DNA of 63,909 bases, the filler included, from Thelocarpon superellum (taxonomy: Eukaryota): assembly GCA_026025795.1 (NCBI GenBank). It is 4 parts of 4 records of this genome, joined end to end, with 100 filler letters (N's around TTAATTAATTAA, not from the genome) between each part and the next. Parts side by side here need not be neighbours in the genome. Positions count along the whole stretch, not along the records: positions 1 to 16,133 come from JAPEUG010000396.1; positions 16,234 to 32,308 come from JAPEUG010000397.1; 2 more parts are not named here. One strand, 5' to 3'. The stretch's first letter is position 1. The number at the start of each line of letters is the position of its first letter. Positions 12,883-24,034 of this stretch are shown one piece after another. Below the pieces are notes generated by a model. That model saw only the letters and a list, made by a program, of their open reading frames with translations. It ran no database searches and was not told the origin of the DNA. Made by a program: the position numbers and the translations under genes.

Positions 12883-14520
12883 CTAGGTCACCAGCTCATT
12901 CCCCAGGCTCGTATCGGGCGCCTGGCCGCCCGGACGAATCAACTCCTCTTCCCCGGTCGACTTCTCGTCGATGAATTTGCGTTCGCTAACGTGGCCCCGC
13001 TCCTGCTTCTCCCCCGCAGACCACACTTTGTCGTGGAAGGCACCTCGCTTCTGGTCGAGCTCGTGCTTGAAAGGACAGGCCGGATTCAGACAGGGGTTGT
13101 ACTTGCACGTCGTCTTGACATGGGTGAAGGTGCAGCCCGGGCGGGTGCAGTCCGCCCCGTTGCGGCACAGTGGGGCGGCGGGATGTCGGAAGGGACAGGC
13201 GGAGTTGGTGCAATTGGGGAAGAATCTGCAGTCCTGCTCGGCTTGGTGAAGGACTTTGGTCGCCGGGGAGGGGTGGCGGGCTACACACTTCCGGTTCTTG
13301 CAAGCCGCGCCAAAGGCACAATTATCGTGGACATCGATGCTGGCACCAGGCGGAGCGGCCGACGTCTGATGCGCGTAGGGGCAGTCGGATTTCGTGCACG
13401 TCAGGTTGAACTTGCACACCGTCTCGGCCGGATCCGGCGCCGTTGTCCCCGCGTCATCTTGTGGTGTTCCCCGGTCCATCGCCGTCGTGTCGCCGTGTGA
13501 TGACTTCCCTCCGAGGGCATGCGGATGCCGATTTCCGTCGGCCGGTGGCTTTCGCGGATGCTTCTCCACCCGGTCGAATAAGGACCGTCCTGGCGCGGTC
13601 GGGGGCTGGGGAATGGCGCCAAAGTTTCCATTCATCATCGGGCTAGGCATGCCTGCGCCCGTGAAGACTTGTTGTTGTTGTTGTTGCGGCGACAGAATTT
13701 GCGACATCATGCGCGCCTGCTCCTCATACATGGCAAAGAGCTGCATCTGTTGCTGCGGCGTCATCTGGGCCAGGCCGGGGTTGAGGCCCATGGCCGGCAT
13801 CCCTCCGACTCCGTGTGGCATCGGTCCCATGGCCCGGCCGTTCAGAGGACGACCGATCCGACCTTGAAGATTGCGAGGCCCTTTGGGTGGCTCGCGTGCA
13901 TGGGTGTTGATGCGTTCGGTGCCCTGCTGTGGGCGGACGCGGTGGAGGACGGCATCGGGCGCGCGGTCCATGGCCTTGGAGAGCTGACCGAAGAGCCGTT
14001 TGTTGCGGTTGCCACGCATTGAGCGGGGACCCGTCGGTCTAGGGTCAATCATTAGCCTGCCGTACCCAGGCACCGGACGAGAGAAAGGGACATGCATCGA
14101 GGCCTCGGGCAGGTCATCACTTCCTTCGCCCATTTCGGTGTCTCCCGTGACCGAGGAACCAGAGATCGCGTGAGGAGCAGTCGCCACCTCGTGGCCATTT
14201 GCGGGCGGCGCCGTGGCAGGCGCAGCCGTAGCGGATGGATCTCCACTGATCTGGGTGTGGAGAAGGCCGACTTGTTCAAAGAGCCATCGCGAGAACTCGA
14301 TGGCGCCGGGGTCATCGGGACCGAGCTGGAGGAGGTCGCCTGACAGCTCCGCGGCAATCTGTCCTTGGGTCTTGCCGTTGACCAGCATCAGAATGATGTA
14401 TTCCGAGAGGGCCGAGTCATCGGCGCCACCGGTGCTCCAGCCCACCTCCACCAGCTTCGGCTGGATGGCGGCGTTCAGGGCTTCGGCGAGTGGCGTGTCC
14501 AACGCGACCTCCACGGCCAT
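12883..14520 (-). CDS. NAB2: Nuclear poly(A) RNA-binding protein Nab2 (PWI-like N-terminus, CCCH zinc fingers); probable intron 14095-14039
   Basis: N-terminal LSEYIILMLVNGK, Q-rich linker, and tandem CCCH fingers (CKFNLTCTKSDCPYAH, CRFFPNCTNSACPFRH, CRNGADCTRPGCTFTH, CKYNPCLNPACPFKH). Confidence 0.92.
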   Translation of the reverse strand: MAVEVALDTPLAEALNAAIQPKLVEVGWSTGGADDSALSEYIILMLVNGKTQGQIAAELSGDLLQLGPDDPGAIEFSRWLFEQVGLLHTQISGDPSATAAPATAPPANGHEVATAPHAISGSSVTGDTEMGEGSDDLPEASMHVPFSRPVPGYGRLMIDPRPTGPRSMRGNRNKRLFGQLSKAMDRAPDAVLHRVRPQQGTERINTHAREPPKGPRNLQGRIGRPLNGRAMGPMPHGVGGMPAMGLNPGLAQMTPQQQMQLFAMYEEQARMMSQILSPQQQQQQVFTGAGMPSPMMNGNFGAIPQPPTAPGRSLFDRVEKHPRKPPADGNRHPHALGGKSSHGDTTAMDRGTPQDDAGTTAPDPAETVCKFNLTCTKSDCPYAHQTSAAPPGASIDVHDNCAFGAACKNRKCVARHPSPATKVLHQAEQDCRFFPNCTNSACPFRHPAAPLCRNGADCTRPGCTFTHVKTTCKYNPCLNPACPFKHELDQKRGAFHDKVWSAGEKQERGHVSERKFIDEKSTGEEELIRPGGQAPDTSLGNELVT

Positions 14521-14857
14521 GGCGGCGTCGGCGTGTCAGAGTCGGCCGAGGTGGCGGCAGGGTGCTGTGTGGTGGGAGACGGTATGAGGGAGCGCTGATG
14601 GACGCACGATCTTACCCCGACACCCGTTCCAGGAAATGTGGCGGAGACTGGATGGTGGAGAGTAGAGCGGACTGGTGTTCTGTATGACTCCGGTCGGGAC
14701 ATCATGCAGTGATGGCATGCTGACTCAACCCTGACTTATAGGGCCCACACCGTCCGCTTGGATATCGGTTGTAGTTCCCGCCGGTTTCGCCAAATTCACT
14801 GCCGAAACTGTATTCGATCCATGCGTGTTTCACCTCGAGGAGCGCACATAACATACG

Positions 14858-16049
14858 ATGGCGAAGTCAAAGAAGACGAAGAAGACAACGAAAGCGGATC
14901 TCATCTCGGAAATTCGGAAATTAGGAGAAAAGGCCGACAGTCGCTCATCGAAGGCCGACCTCGAGCGTCAGCTGGAAGAACTCCAGCTGGAAGCGGGGAC
15001 GGAGAATCCGCTGGGTGTTGGTGAGTCGAGCACTCAAAGTAAGGGAAAAGGCATAGCAAAAGTAAGTTCTGCACTCATTATTCCTGACCTTTCGCGTACT
15101 TATGCTAATTACATCCTAGGAAACCCTCGCCGCTATCCGCGGTTACGTCGATGATCCCAATGATCTCGAAAGCGAATCCCCGCTGCGTCGGGCGATGATG
15201 GAGATGGTGAACGAGTCGCGGCAACAGCACACTCGTGGTGGGGTGATGTTTGGCAATTCGGCAGCCGCCGACCACGAGGATAATTTCGAGCGGACCGTGC
15301 ATGAGAGCACACGCCTCGCACGTCGTGTCGCTGAACTTGATGCCAAGTTGGACACAATGATGGCGGATTTGGAATCAACTAGGGCGAAGTTGGACTCAAC
15401 TGCGGCGAGGGTGGACTCAATTGCGGCGAGGGTGGACTCAACTGCGGCGAAGTTAGTGATGCTCTCAGATGCAATAGAGCATAACGCCACCACACTGGAC
15501 AAAGACACCAAAGCGATTCGAATGAGGTTCTTTGAAACATTCCTCCGAGATCTTGGACATCGCCAACCGACGAAAGGTCAGTTGAGCAACATCCTGGCCG
15601 GAGATGCGCTTGCACATGAAGGGCATTCTGAACTCGATCGGCTTCTCTTTATGTCGAAGTCGCGAGCCGACGAGAGCGAGTACGAGCTTGTCTACGGCGT
15701 GTCCTTCGATCTCTACCAACGGGTTTGGCGAGGCCACTTATTCCGAACAATCGAATTCTCAACGATTGTCTCTGGATATGGCACGCTTAGAGCGAGCAAC
15801 ACCCCCGAGGTTCCTTCTAGCCACTTCCAAACGGCATACGACGAGTTACTAGCAAAACTTCATTATGCCTATGTCGAGGAGGACGAGGAGGACGAGGAGC
15901 AGTGGATGATCGAGCACAAGACAATGAAGGCATTTAGCGATTCTGAGGTTATCGCCAGACGAGTCATGAAGCTGCTGGACAAGGATCTAGCGACGATGCG
16001 TCGAGCTGTATCTGATAGACTCAGGCGCCAAGGAAACACGAGCAGATAG
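14858..16049 (+). CDS. Hypothetical coiled-coil protein; exons 14858-15061, 15120-16049
   Basis: Intron GTAAGT...GCTAAT...TAG joins two ORFs in frame. Basic N-terminus, heptad repeats, and a C-terminal GDALAHEG...DRLLF...YG segment. Base composition looks less GC-rich than the flanking genes. Confidence 0.65.
15369..15452 (+). repeat. Four copies of a 21-bp coding minisatellite (heptads LESTRAK/LDSTAAR/VDSIAAR/VDSTAAK)
   Basis: Units start at 15369, 15390, 15411 and 15432. Confidence 0.88.
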
Positions 16050-16133
16050 GAGTGGATGGATGGTGTGGTCACCGGGGATATCCACCGTCGTCATCTTCAC
16101 ACTCCCCCTCTGTACGCTCTCGCGGTAGTTGAG

Positions 16134-16233
16134 NNNNNNNNNNNNNNNNNNNNNNNNNNNNNNNNNNNNNNNNNNNNTTAATTAATTAANNNNNNNNNNN
16201 NNNNNNNNNNNNNNNNNNNNNNNNNNNNNNNNN
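16134..16233. other. Artificial contig linker (44 N + TTAATTAATTAA + 44 N)
   Basis: A 12-mer with stop codons in all six frames inside an N run. Identical to the linkers at 32309 and 48406. Confidence 0.97.
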
Positions 16234-16354
16234 ACGATTCAATATCCGCGAGGGCGGCAGGTAAGGGCCTCAATCCTCTCATCCCCTCCTCAGCATTTCT
16301 GACAATCGACTCAGGACCGTCGCGACGGGACTCGTGACTCAGATCATGGAGTAG
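16234..16354 (+). CDS. TUF1: 3' end of mitochondrial elongation factor Tu; exons <16234-16260 and 16315-16354
   Basis: Splicing GTAAGG...CTGAC...CAG gives RFNIREGGRTVATGLVTQIME*, the EF-Tu C-terminal signature. The rest of the gene is lost at the contig edge. Confidence 0.9.
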
Positions 16355-16931
16355 GGGCTGTTTCCGAGGCCTCGTCTCCGTCTCCACCGACCCAAGCAAG
16401 ACGCCCACTTGTGCGGCTGCTCACTGTTCCTGTACCTGTTACCCTCCGCCTTTCGCTTCCCCCTCTTCTCACCCCCAAATGTACCTTCGGATCGAATCGG
16501 ATGGGATGGCAAGGGATCCGATGTACCATAAATGGAAGTAGAGCTCTTCGTTGCGTGTGATATAGAAGATTGACCAAGCTCCTCTCATCCATCCATCCTT
16601 CCATTCTTTCCTCCATCAAACCTTTACCCACCGAGTGTAAGGACCAAGAGGGAGCATCGGTGTCGTGATGCATCTTGATGAATTTGCTGATTTAGACTCA
16701 ACCCTGGCCGCTACCCGGCGAATGTGACGATGCTTGACACCTGAAGAGATCTGTCCATTCCGTGTCTGAATCCGTATCCGCATTCGCATTCGCATCCACA
16801 TCTCCAGTCAGACATCCGGCCGACCGTGGCCACGTCCTGTCTTCATCAACCCCCCCCCCCCCCCTACTATCCTCTCTCCTCCACCTCCCATCTCCTGCCA
16901 TCACTCCTTCCCCGTCACCAGAACCACTCAC

Positions 16932-17362
16932 TCATCGGTGCTAAAGCCATAATCAGTGTCACTTCTCTTCTTAAGAAAGACCCATTGCACTCACCTTGAT
17001 AAATCCAATATCGTGTGATCGTTCCCGGAAGCACTGTCGGCAGATGTTGAGTCCGTACTTGCGGATCAGGCCGGCGGGATGTGTGCACACGCGGCTAGAG
17101 GAGAGTCCGTCGCGTTAGCATCACGCCGGTTTGGTGTGGTCTGATCTGTGGCCTTTTCCACCCTGACGACTCGGCGTTTGATGCGACGGTGGACGGAGGA
17201 AGAACTAGAGGGAGAAAAATCGAGGGAAGGGAAGGGAGAGTGGATCAGGTCGTCGAGTGCATAATTGATCGGTCAAGTGATATGCTTCTTCTTCACATAC
17301 CATTGCCGACTGCCCTTGCCGTACGTCCGTGGACGCGAGAACCACACGGTTTCGTGAGACAT
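16932..17362 (-). CDS. RPS29: 40S ribosomal protein S29 (uS14), 56 aa; exons 17362-17301, 17094-16995, 16940-16932
   Basis: [56 protein letters not shown]. Canonical GT-AG introns with branch sites. Confidence 0.97.
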
Positions 17363-17970
17363 GTTGTGAGAATTGAATTCGAGGGAAAGGCTTCGTGGTG
17401 CTCTGCTCTGAGCTGCGCCGTGCAGTTGTATTTGATGCGTCGAGGTGGTATGTGTGTCAAATCATCGGACTTCCATTCCTGCCACTTTAGTCGACCCAAA
17501 ATTGACGATGGGGTTCGTGCGAGGGCTTACCCTGGCGCTTATGTAAGAATCCGGACTTGTTGCAGTGGAGGTCTCCCGCTAATTTCATCGTTGCGACGTC
17601 GCATGCAAAGTCGGCTGCAGGGGTTTTCGCCAGTGCGAAGTACGACCTGGTCGTGGTCTGATTGGCTTACGTTGAACACCCCTGGGGCATCGACGCAGAC
17701 TCTATTCGTCTGCAGCAATATGATATGGCCCGACCAACCATCGAAATGACCGCTCATGTTATATCATAAATGCGGTGACTCATGATTTCAGTCAGCCTCA
17801 TCTTGAGATTTCTTAAATTACTGCGTAATAGCGATGGTATTTTTGGGGACTGACATATTCTTGGTCCAGGTGAGGTGAAGAGCGCTCCAGGACATATAGT
17901 GGGGCACCATATCCCTCCTCAGCATCGTCTTTCTTCTTGCGAGCACGTTACAGTGTGAACTTCAACGATA

Positions 17971-18963
17971 ATGGCCAACTCCAATGACGCGTCTTGCTCA
18001 TTGACCTTTCATGACTTCGGCCACCATTTCTCCGACCCAGCGGACGTCGAGATCCTCATCGGTACCAAAAAGGAGGGCACCATCTCCGTTTCTTCCACTG
18101 GCTTTCGCGTCCACGCCCAGATCCTCCTCCACTCAAGATTGAGCCAGTACCTCGACGGCAAATGTTGGCCCGAGCAGCCTGAGTGCCGGGGCGAGCCAGA
18201 CGTCAAGTTTCGATTCTTCCTGATCAGTGGCCAAGAGACCTTCACCGTTGGTCGGACAGAGGCCGTAAGCATTCGTGTATTCCGTACGCTTCCCATGCGA
18301 TCGTGGTAACTCACCTCACTCTAGTTCGACCGGTGGACCGGGGGCAGCTGCAACGCCGAGAACGGCGACGTACCATCCGACCTAACCAAGTACCATCAGG
18401 GCTTCCACCAGCTGCTGTTGCATATCTACAAGACGCCCCCACAGTTCAATCTGGTTTCGTGGATATGGTCCCTCAATCTGGCTGTGGCACTGGGGCTGGT
18501 CTGTCAAGCCCAGACATCGCTGGAGCAGTCTCTCGAAGAGAGCCACAGGGCGATTGTTCCAGAGGTCTATGAGCATCTTCTTTCCACCCTCCAGAGCACC
18601 TGCGAGCTGCATTCCCATCCCGCGTTCCGAGAGCATCTGGCATTCTCATCTCTTTCGCAGGACTGGGATTTCAATGGAATCAGAGACGTGCGGCACCATC
18701 GTCCTACGTCATCCGCTTCTGCTAGCGACGGCAGCCCCGTGTCGTTCGCCCTGAGGCACAATGCCTCAACCACCTTGCAAGGCCAGGATGGAGAGCAAAA
18801 GAAGAAGCTGGATGTACCTGGAATGCTGCATGCGACGGATCAAGGGTCCGAAGGATCGTCCATGGAGCTTACTTCCGTACAAGACGCGAGCATCATCCTC
18901 TCGCACTATCCGGGTGTACGCTGGAAGCGCAGCCCCAGCTCCTACTCCACTTCCCCTTGTTGA
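17971..18963 (+). CDS. Hypothetical protein with a possible divergent BTB/POZ-like N-terminus; exons 17971-18264, 18325-18963
   Basis: Intron GTAAGC...TAG joins two ORFs in frame. ADVEILIG...FRVHAQILLHSRLSQYL resembles the start of a BTB domain (weak recognition). Confidence 0.5.
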
Positions 18964-19232
18964 GATACGAAGCATCTCAACTTCGTGCCCGTTAGATAGC
19001 CTTTCCTTGGGATATGATCGTAGTTAGCTGGCCAGCCGTCGCTCTATACTAAAAGCTCGTTGGATCTCACTCCCAATGAAATCATTACGTAAGCGAAATG
19101 GACGAAGCACAAGTGCAAGCATTACAACGCAAGACATACCGAATCCATGCCTTCAACGAGAGAGAAGAGACCAAGTCCCATCGTGCTGTACAGCACGGAC
19201 GAGGGAAAGTAGACGTCCACAGAGCTGCGAGG

Positions 19233-19932
19233 ATGGTAAGCACTCAAAGCACTCGCCATCTCCCATGTCAGCTCTCGTGTCTTCGTGTCTGACACCCACG
19301 GCCTTCATCCAGAGTCGAGACTCCAACCGGACCCAAGTCCACCTCAACCAGCCACGCGTGGCGGATATCTTCGAGGTATGTGGGTCCTGCCTGGCTAACC
19401 ATGCATGACTCCAGCCGCCTTGACCCAGTCCTCTGATACTCATGTCATACCCGGGTAGGACTTCTGTCGCGACAAGCTTCCCGATGATGAGATTTACGTG
19501 CCTCCTCACCACCAACCCATCAACCCCGAAGACGAAGATGACGGTGGGTGGCTCTTTGATTTCCTTGCATGTCTCTTCTTCATTTCATGTTCCCTGGTGT
19601 CTGCATATCTAGAGAGATATCCCAATTTGTATCCTCACCGCTACGTTTCTCTTGGTGATACGGCCACTTTTATCCACTCCCACACCATCTTCCCGCGCCA
19701 GCTCCAGTTTTAAAGCCTCCTTTGTTCAACTGTACCTGAAGGAGACGGAAGCAACGACTGATACCAGCTGGTGGTGGTATGGACAGTGGTACCGGACCAA
19801 CACGCCGCGTTTGGCATCACGCGCGCGACGCAGAAGACGCGTGAGGCTGCGTGGAAGGATCTAGGCCTCGAGGAGCTGATGGCGCGGAAGCCGGACGCGA
19901 AGAGTGCGCGCGGGCCTAAATTGCCGCGGTGA
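19233..19932 (+). CDS. APC13: Anaphase-promoting complex subunit Apc13 family protein, about 98 aa; exons 19233-19235, 19313-19375, 19459-19543, 19787-19932
   Basis: Spliced product MSRDSNRTQVHLNQPRVADIFEDFCRDKLPDDEIYVPPHHQPINPEDEDDVVPDQHAAFGITRATQKTREAAWKDLGLEELM... matches my recollection of filamentous-fungal Apc13 (C-terminal W.DLGL). An in-frame upstream ATG at 19098 is an alternative start. Confidence 0.8.
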
Positions 19933-20138
19933 GACTCATCTTTCTGCTCGGTGTTTCGATTTCATGAGGCGGGGCTGGGCCATGTGGTACAGGGATTGGT
20001 CATGGTTGCTGCTTGTTCCATCTCTATCATATACATCCAATGTTACGCCTCTCATGAACATCGCTTGGTTGCGATGAAGATTCTCATGCAATAAAACCAT
20101 GACGACCTCGCACATCACTCCGTTCTCAATCCGTACGC

Positions 20139-22172
20139 CTAGATCTTGATGATGTCGACGCGTGCGCGTTCGAACAGTTTGTGTCCCACCATCTGCCCTG
20201 CTTTTCGTTCCTCGTCCGTCACCGCGGCCGCGTGTACCGTCAGACGGGCGTATGTGCCTGACGCCTTGCGTTTGGATAACGTCCCCGGATTGATGACGAG
20301 CACGCTCTCGACCACCTCGCAAACGTTAGTGGGCTTGGAAGTACCTGGCTGCGGGAGCCATACCTTGGAGAAGGCCGGTAGGGCGCTGGGGCTGATGAGG
20401 AGGTCCGGTCGCGCATTGAGCCACTCGCCGAGCTTCAGGTAGCTGGTATCGAGCATCGCGCCCGTGGGCAAGCCGTCGTCCGTCGCCGTCTTGGGTTGTC
20501 GGTCACGTCCGGTTGGGGGAAATAAGGGGAAGAAGTGGCGTTGCTCGATGAGATGTCGAGGCAGCCGCGCGAGTAGGTTGGGTGTCTTGGGTCGGGCGCC
20601 GAAGACTTCTTCCTGCCGCAGTGCGGACATGATGTCCTGCGAGGAGATGCCAAACATCACCTCGTTCAGCGAGATGGTGACAGGGTTGGAGACGAGCCGG
20701 GCTTGCTTGGGGAGGCCAAGTTCCTTTCGTGGCAAGGGCTCCTGGGGCCATGACACGTGTTTGCTGACGGCGTCACGGACCGAGGGAACAAGGATGATGG
20801 TGATGCCTGGCACTGCATCCGCGAGCCGTCGTAGTGGAGGCGAGATGAGGCCGCGAAACGCCGCGGTGAGGGTGGCAGTGTTGGGGTCCGCAATAGCCTC
20901 AGGAGGGAGATCAAAGTCTCCAGTCGCGATCAGGGGATGTTCGACATCGAGAAAGGGGCCAGTCAGCACCAGGGCATCGGCATACGTGTTGGCCGCTTGT
21001 TCACAGACCGCACGGAGCGGTTCGAAGTCCAGGTTGTCGTCGGCCGTAAACGGGCCTGCTCCGAGGAGGATGTTGAGCGGTGCGACCGTGTCCTCCTCCA
21101 TCGTGTCCGGCCCACCTCGGAGGCGTTCGCGATGCGTGGCCAGGCTCTCTGGCGTGGAGGCGGCGACAGGAAGCAGCGGCAGCGCAAGCACCTCGGTGAC
21201 AGAGAAGTACTCTCCCGATGCGTTCACACCCCGCAGCGCGACAATCTGGCCGGGGAAAAACTCAAAAGACGGGACGTTGTCTAATTTCAGCGGGACGCGG
21301 ATGCCGGCACCCATGCGCCTCGACGTCTCGAGCACGACTGAGGCGGCGTTGAGCTTCGCGTCCAACGCGTCCGAGGCGATCCGGCCCACCGCGATGATCT
21401 CGCTGGTGCTTTGGCCGGCCGGGTTCCCAAACGCCGTATCCGGTAGAGAGCGGTCCTTCTGCACCCACGCTGATACCTCGTCGATGCGGTCGTCAAGTAC
21501 TTCCGAAGCCTCGGACAAGTGCATGGCCATGGGCCGGTAGGAAAACTTCTTCAGGTCGGTGTTGGCCGTCAATTTGATGCGCGCTTCGGCCACGGGCGCC
21601 AAGGGGGGCTCCGGACAGATCACTTGAGCGTTGAGCGTTTCAAGGACTTGGCCGGCGTTGGCTCGCTCCGCAAAGGGGGTGGCTTTGACGTCGTTGGATC
21701 CGCTACTGGCCGGGGGCCCGGGAGTTCTGAAGCCGGAGGGCGAAGGCGTCACTGGCGCGCGGCCGTCCAACGCCGCCTTCCGCCGTGACGGATGGGTGCT
21801 GGCGGATTGTGGAGTGTTGGGCACGAGACCGTCCAGCATACCGAAGACATCGTTGTTACTTGAGATATTCCGAGGTGTCGCCGGCACCGGGCCTCTTTTG
21901 TCCGCGCTCCGAGTGTGGGTCTTGCCTCGAATCTCCCGCTCGAGGTTGTCCTGCACATCGTTCTTGAAAGCACGCGCGGTGTGCAGGTCCAGACGGGTCT
22001 CATCCGGACCCATCTTGATGCTGTATGACTCCCATTTGTAGAAGAGCTCCTGCGGGGAGATCGAATGAAGGCGGAGGATGGACTGGAACTCGCCCAAGAT
22101 GTCCGGCGGCAATTCAGTGGCGGGTGGGAGGGCAAAGAGCCTATGGAGCTCTTGCGTGCCTGCAGCCGCCAT
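20139..22172 (-). CDS. POL12: DNA polymerase alpha-primase subunit B; probable in-frame 48-nt intron 20363-20316
   Basis: ELFYKWESY, VGRIASD, FFPGQIVALRGVNASG, GPFTADDNL, LTGPFLD, QRHFFPLFP, VLVINPG motifs. Confidence 0.95.
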   Translation of the reverse strand: MAAAGTQELHRLFALPPATELPPDILGEFQSILRLHSISPQELFYKWESYSIKMGPDETRLDLHTARAFKNDVQDNLEREIRGKTHTRSADKRGPVPATPRNISSNNDVFGMLDGLVPNTPQSASTHPSRRKAALDGRAPVTPSPSGFRTPGPPASSGSNDVKATPFAERANAGQVLETLNAQVICPEPPLAPVAEARIKLTANTDLKKFSYRPMAMHLSEASEVLDDRIDEVSAWVQKDRSLPDTAFGNPAGQSTSEIIAVGRIASDALDAKLNAASVVLETSRRMGAGIRVPLKLDNVPSFEFFPGQIVALRGVNASGEYFSVTEVLALPLLPVAASTPESLATHRERLRGGPDTMEEDTVAPLNILLGAGPFTADDNLDFEPLRAVCEQAANTYADALVLTGPFLDVEHPLIATGDFDLPPEAIADPNTATLTAAFRGLISPPLRRLADAVPGITIILVPSVRDAVSKHVSWPQEPLPRKELGLPKQARLVSNPVTISLNEVMFGISSQDIMSALRQEEVFGARPKTPNLLARLPRHLIEQRHFFPLFPPTGRDRQPKTATDDGLPTGAMLDTSYLKLGEWLNARPDLLISPSALPAFSKVWLPQPGTSKPTNVCEVVESVLVINPGTLSKRKASGTYARLTVHAAAVTDEERKAGQMVGHKLFERARVDIIKI

Positions 22173-22745
22173 GATGAAAGCGCCCAGATTGCTGGGGATG
22201 GGACAGCGGTCAAAATCGGTAGGAGAGTGCTTCGTCGATGGTCATTGACGCAATTGTTCGTGGCGTGCTCCCGTGCTTCGGTGTGCCGGTGCTCCAGTGC
22301 TCCACGCGGGGAGCGCGGGGCAGACGCGACTCGCGACTCGTGTCTCCGGCCTCGGATAACGCGACCATGAGCGCTGTCGCGTTCCGTATTATCCACGGCC
22401 AATCGGCGGATTTACCGCCGGATGACAGGCAACTAGAGTAGTACTCTCATACTACCAAGTGCGTTTAGTACGAGTAGACGAGTCCTTACGAGACTCGGGA
22501 CCGGCACCAAAGATAACCGATACGAGATTCCCACCCCGTGAATCCCACAAAGTCCAGTCTTTCGTGCGTGCATTTCTGATCTGTCGCTCCTAGACCGCCT
22601 TCGTAGCTTCGGCATGCCATCGCCGTCGTGTCACGCCGTTCCCTGACCCGTGCGAGGTAATCGTACTTGAGCCGTGTAGCCAACTTCCCTTAGAGAGATA
22701 CCCTATCCTCGAGTACCTGACCCGCAGCCTCCGACACCAGGCAAC

Positions 22746-24034
22746 ATGTCGGCTCCCAGTGACCCCCTCGCCGTCGATTTGACGCCGACAACAGCCGTGA
22801 CTGACCCAGGACTTGCGAATGGAACAGTGGAGGAAGCTTCGACAACACCTGCGGAAGCCACGGAGGCCATTCCGGCCGCAAGCAACGGCCATGTGGCCCC
22901 CACTGAAGATGCGCCCTCGAACACGGCGGAGCCGGCGGCGTCGAACACCACCACCGGTACCGTGCCCAGCTTGTCGGAAAAGACGGGGAATGTGGACGAT
23001 GTCCCACCCTCGGATGGCATTGTCCGTACGCCCTTCCCTGCGCCGTTGCCGACGTCGGCGCCCCCCCCTCCACAGCCACTCAGTCCAGAGCAAAAGGCCA
23101 AGTACGAAGAGGTGCTCGACGTTGTGTCGGCATGGACCGTCATCCCTACGACCTCGGCCAAGAATGCCCCGACCGCCCCCATTACGGAAGACGAACGCAT
23201 GTGGCTCACGCGTGAATGCATCTTGCGTTATCTCCGCGCGGTGAAGTGGTCCGCGGCCGAGGCGCCCAAGCGCCTGCTGGCGACCTTGACGTGGCGGCGC
23301 GAGTATGGGCTGAAGGATCACACCGCGGACTACATCTCGGTGGAAAACGAGACGGGCAAGCAGATCATCCTGGGCTACGACAACGCCGGCCGCCCGTGTC
23401 TCTACCTCCGACCTGGGCACCAGAACACCAACACGCCGGTGCGGCAGATCCAGCATCTGGTGTATATGATGGAGCGCACGATCGATCTGATGCCACCGGG
23501 TCAGGGCACCTTGGCCCTGGTGCTGAGCTTCAAGGAGAGTAAGGGGGGCAGTGGCGTCAGCATCAGCCTGGGCCGGCAGACGTTGCACATCCTCCAGAGC
23601 CATTATCCCGAACGACTTGGGTCGGCCGTAGTTACAGATAGTAAGTCGCCCAAGTGCCGGCCTGAAAGTCGGGTGGTTATCGTGACTGATTGATCTTAGT
23701 TCCGTGGGCGGTCTGGGGATTCTTGAAGATTCTCTCGCCCTTCATCGACCCTCTGACGCGCGAGAAGCTGAAGTTCAACGAGGACCCCCGCAAGTACATC
23801 CCGCCCTCGCAGCTCTGGACGGATCGGGGGGGGGACGTCACGTTTGAGTATGATCATTCCATCTACTGGCCGGCTTTGACCCGCATGGCGGCCGAGCGAC
23901 GGCACGCATACCAGGAGCGCTGGGTAAAGGGGGGCAAGCTTGTTGGTGAGTCGGAACCCTACCTCAACGGCGGTGACCAGGCGAGCGTGGGCCAGGCTCG
24001 GCTCAGCCCGAGAGAGAAAAGTGTGCCGCCATAG
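22746..24034 (+). CDS. CRAL-TRIO (Sec14-like) phosphatidylinositol transfer protein, Pdr16/Sfh3 type; exons 22746-23640, 23700-24034
   Basis: WLTRECILRYLRAVKW, ENETGKQIILGYDNAGRPCLYL, LQSHYPERLG, PFIDPLTREKLKF, FEYDHSIYWPAL. Confidence 0.92.

Noticed and set aside
16178..16189. TTAATTAATTAA as a biological motif (e.g. a piggyBac TTAA target or conserved repeat)
   Set aside because: Always centred in exactly 44+44 N, so it is an assembly linker.
17095..17300. Long first intron of RPS29 as a possible snoRNA host
   Set aside because: I could not find a convincing C/D or H/ACA box arrangement by eye; long introns are common in ribosomal protein genes.
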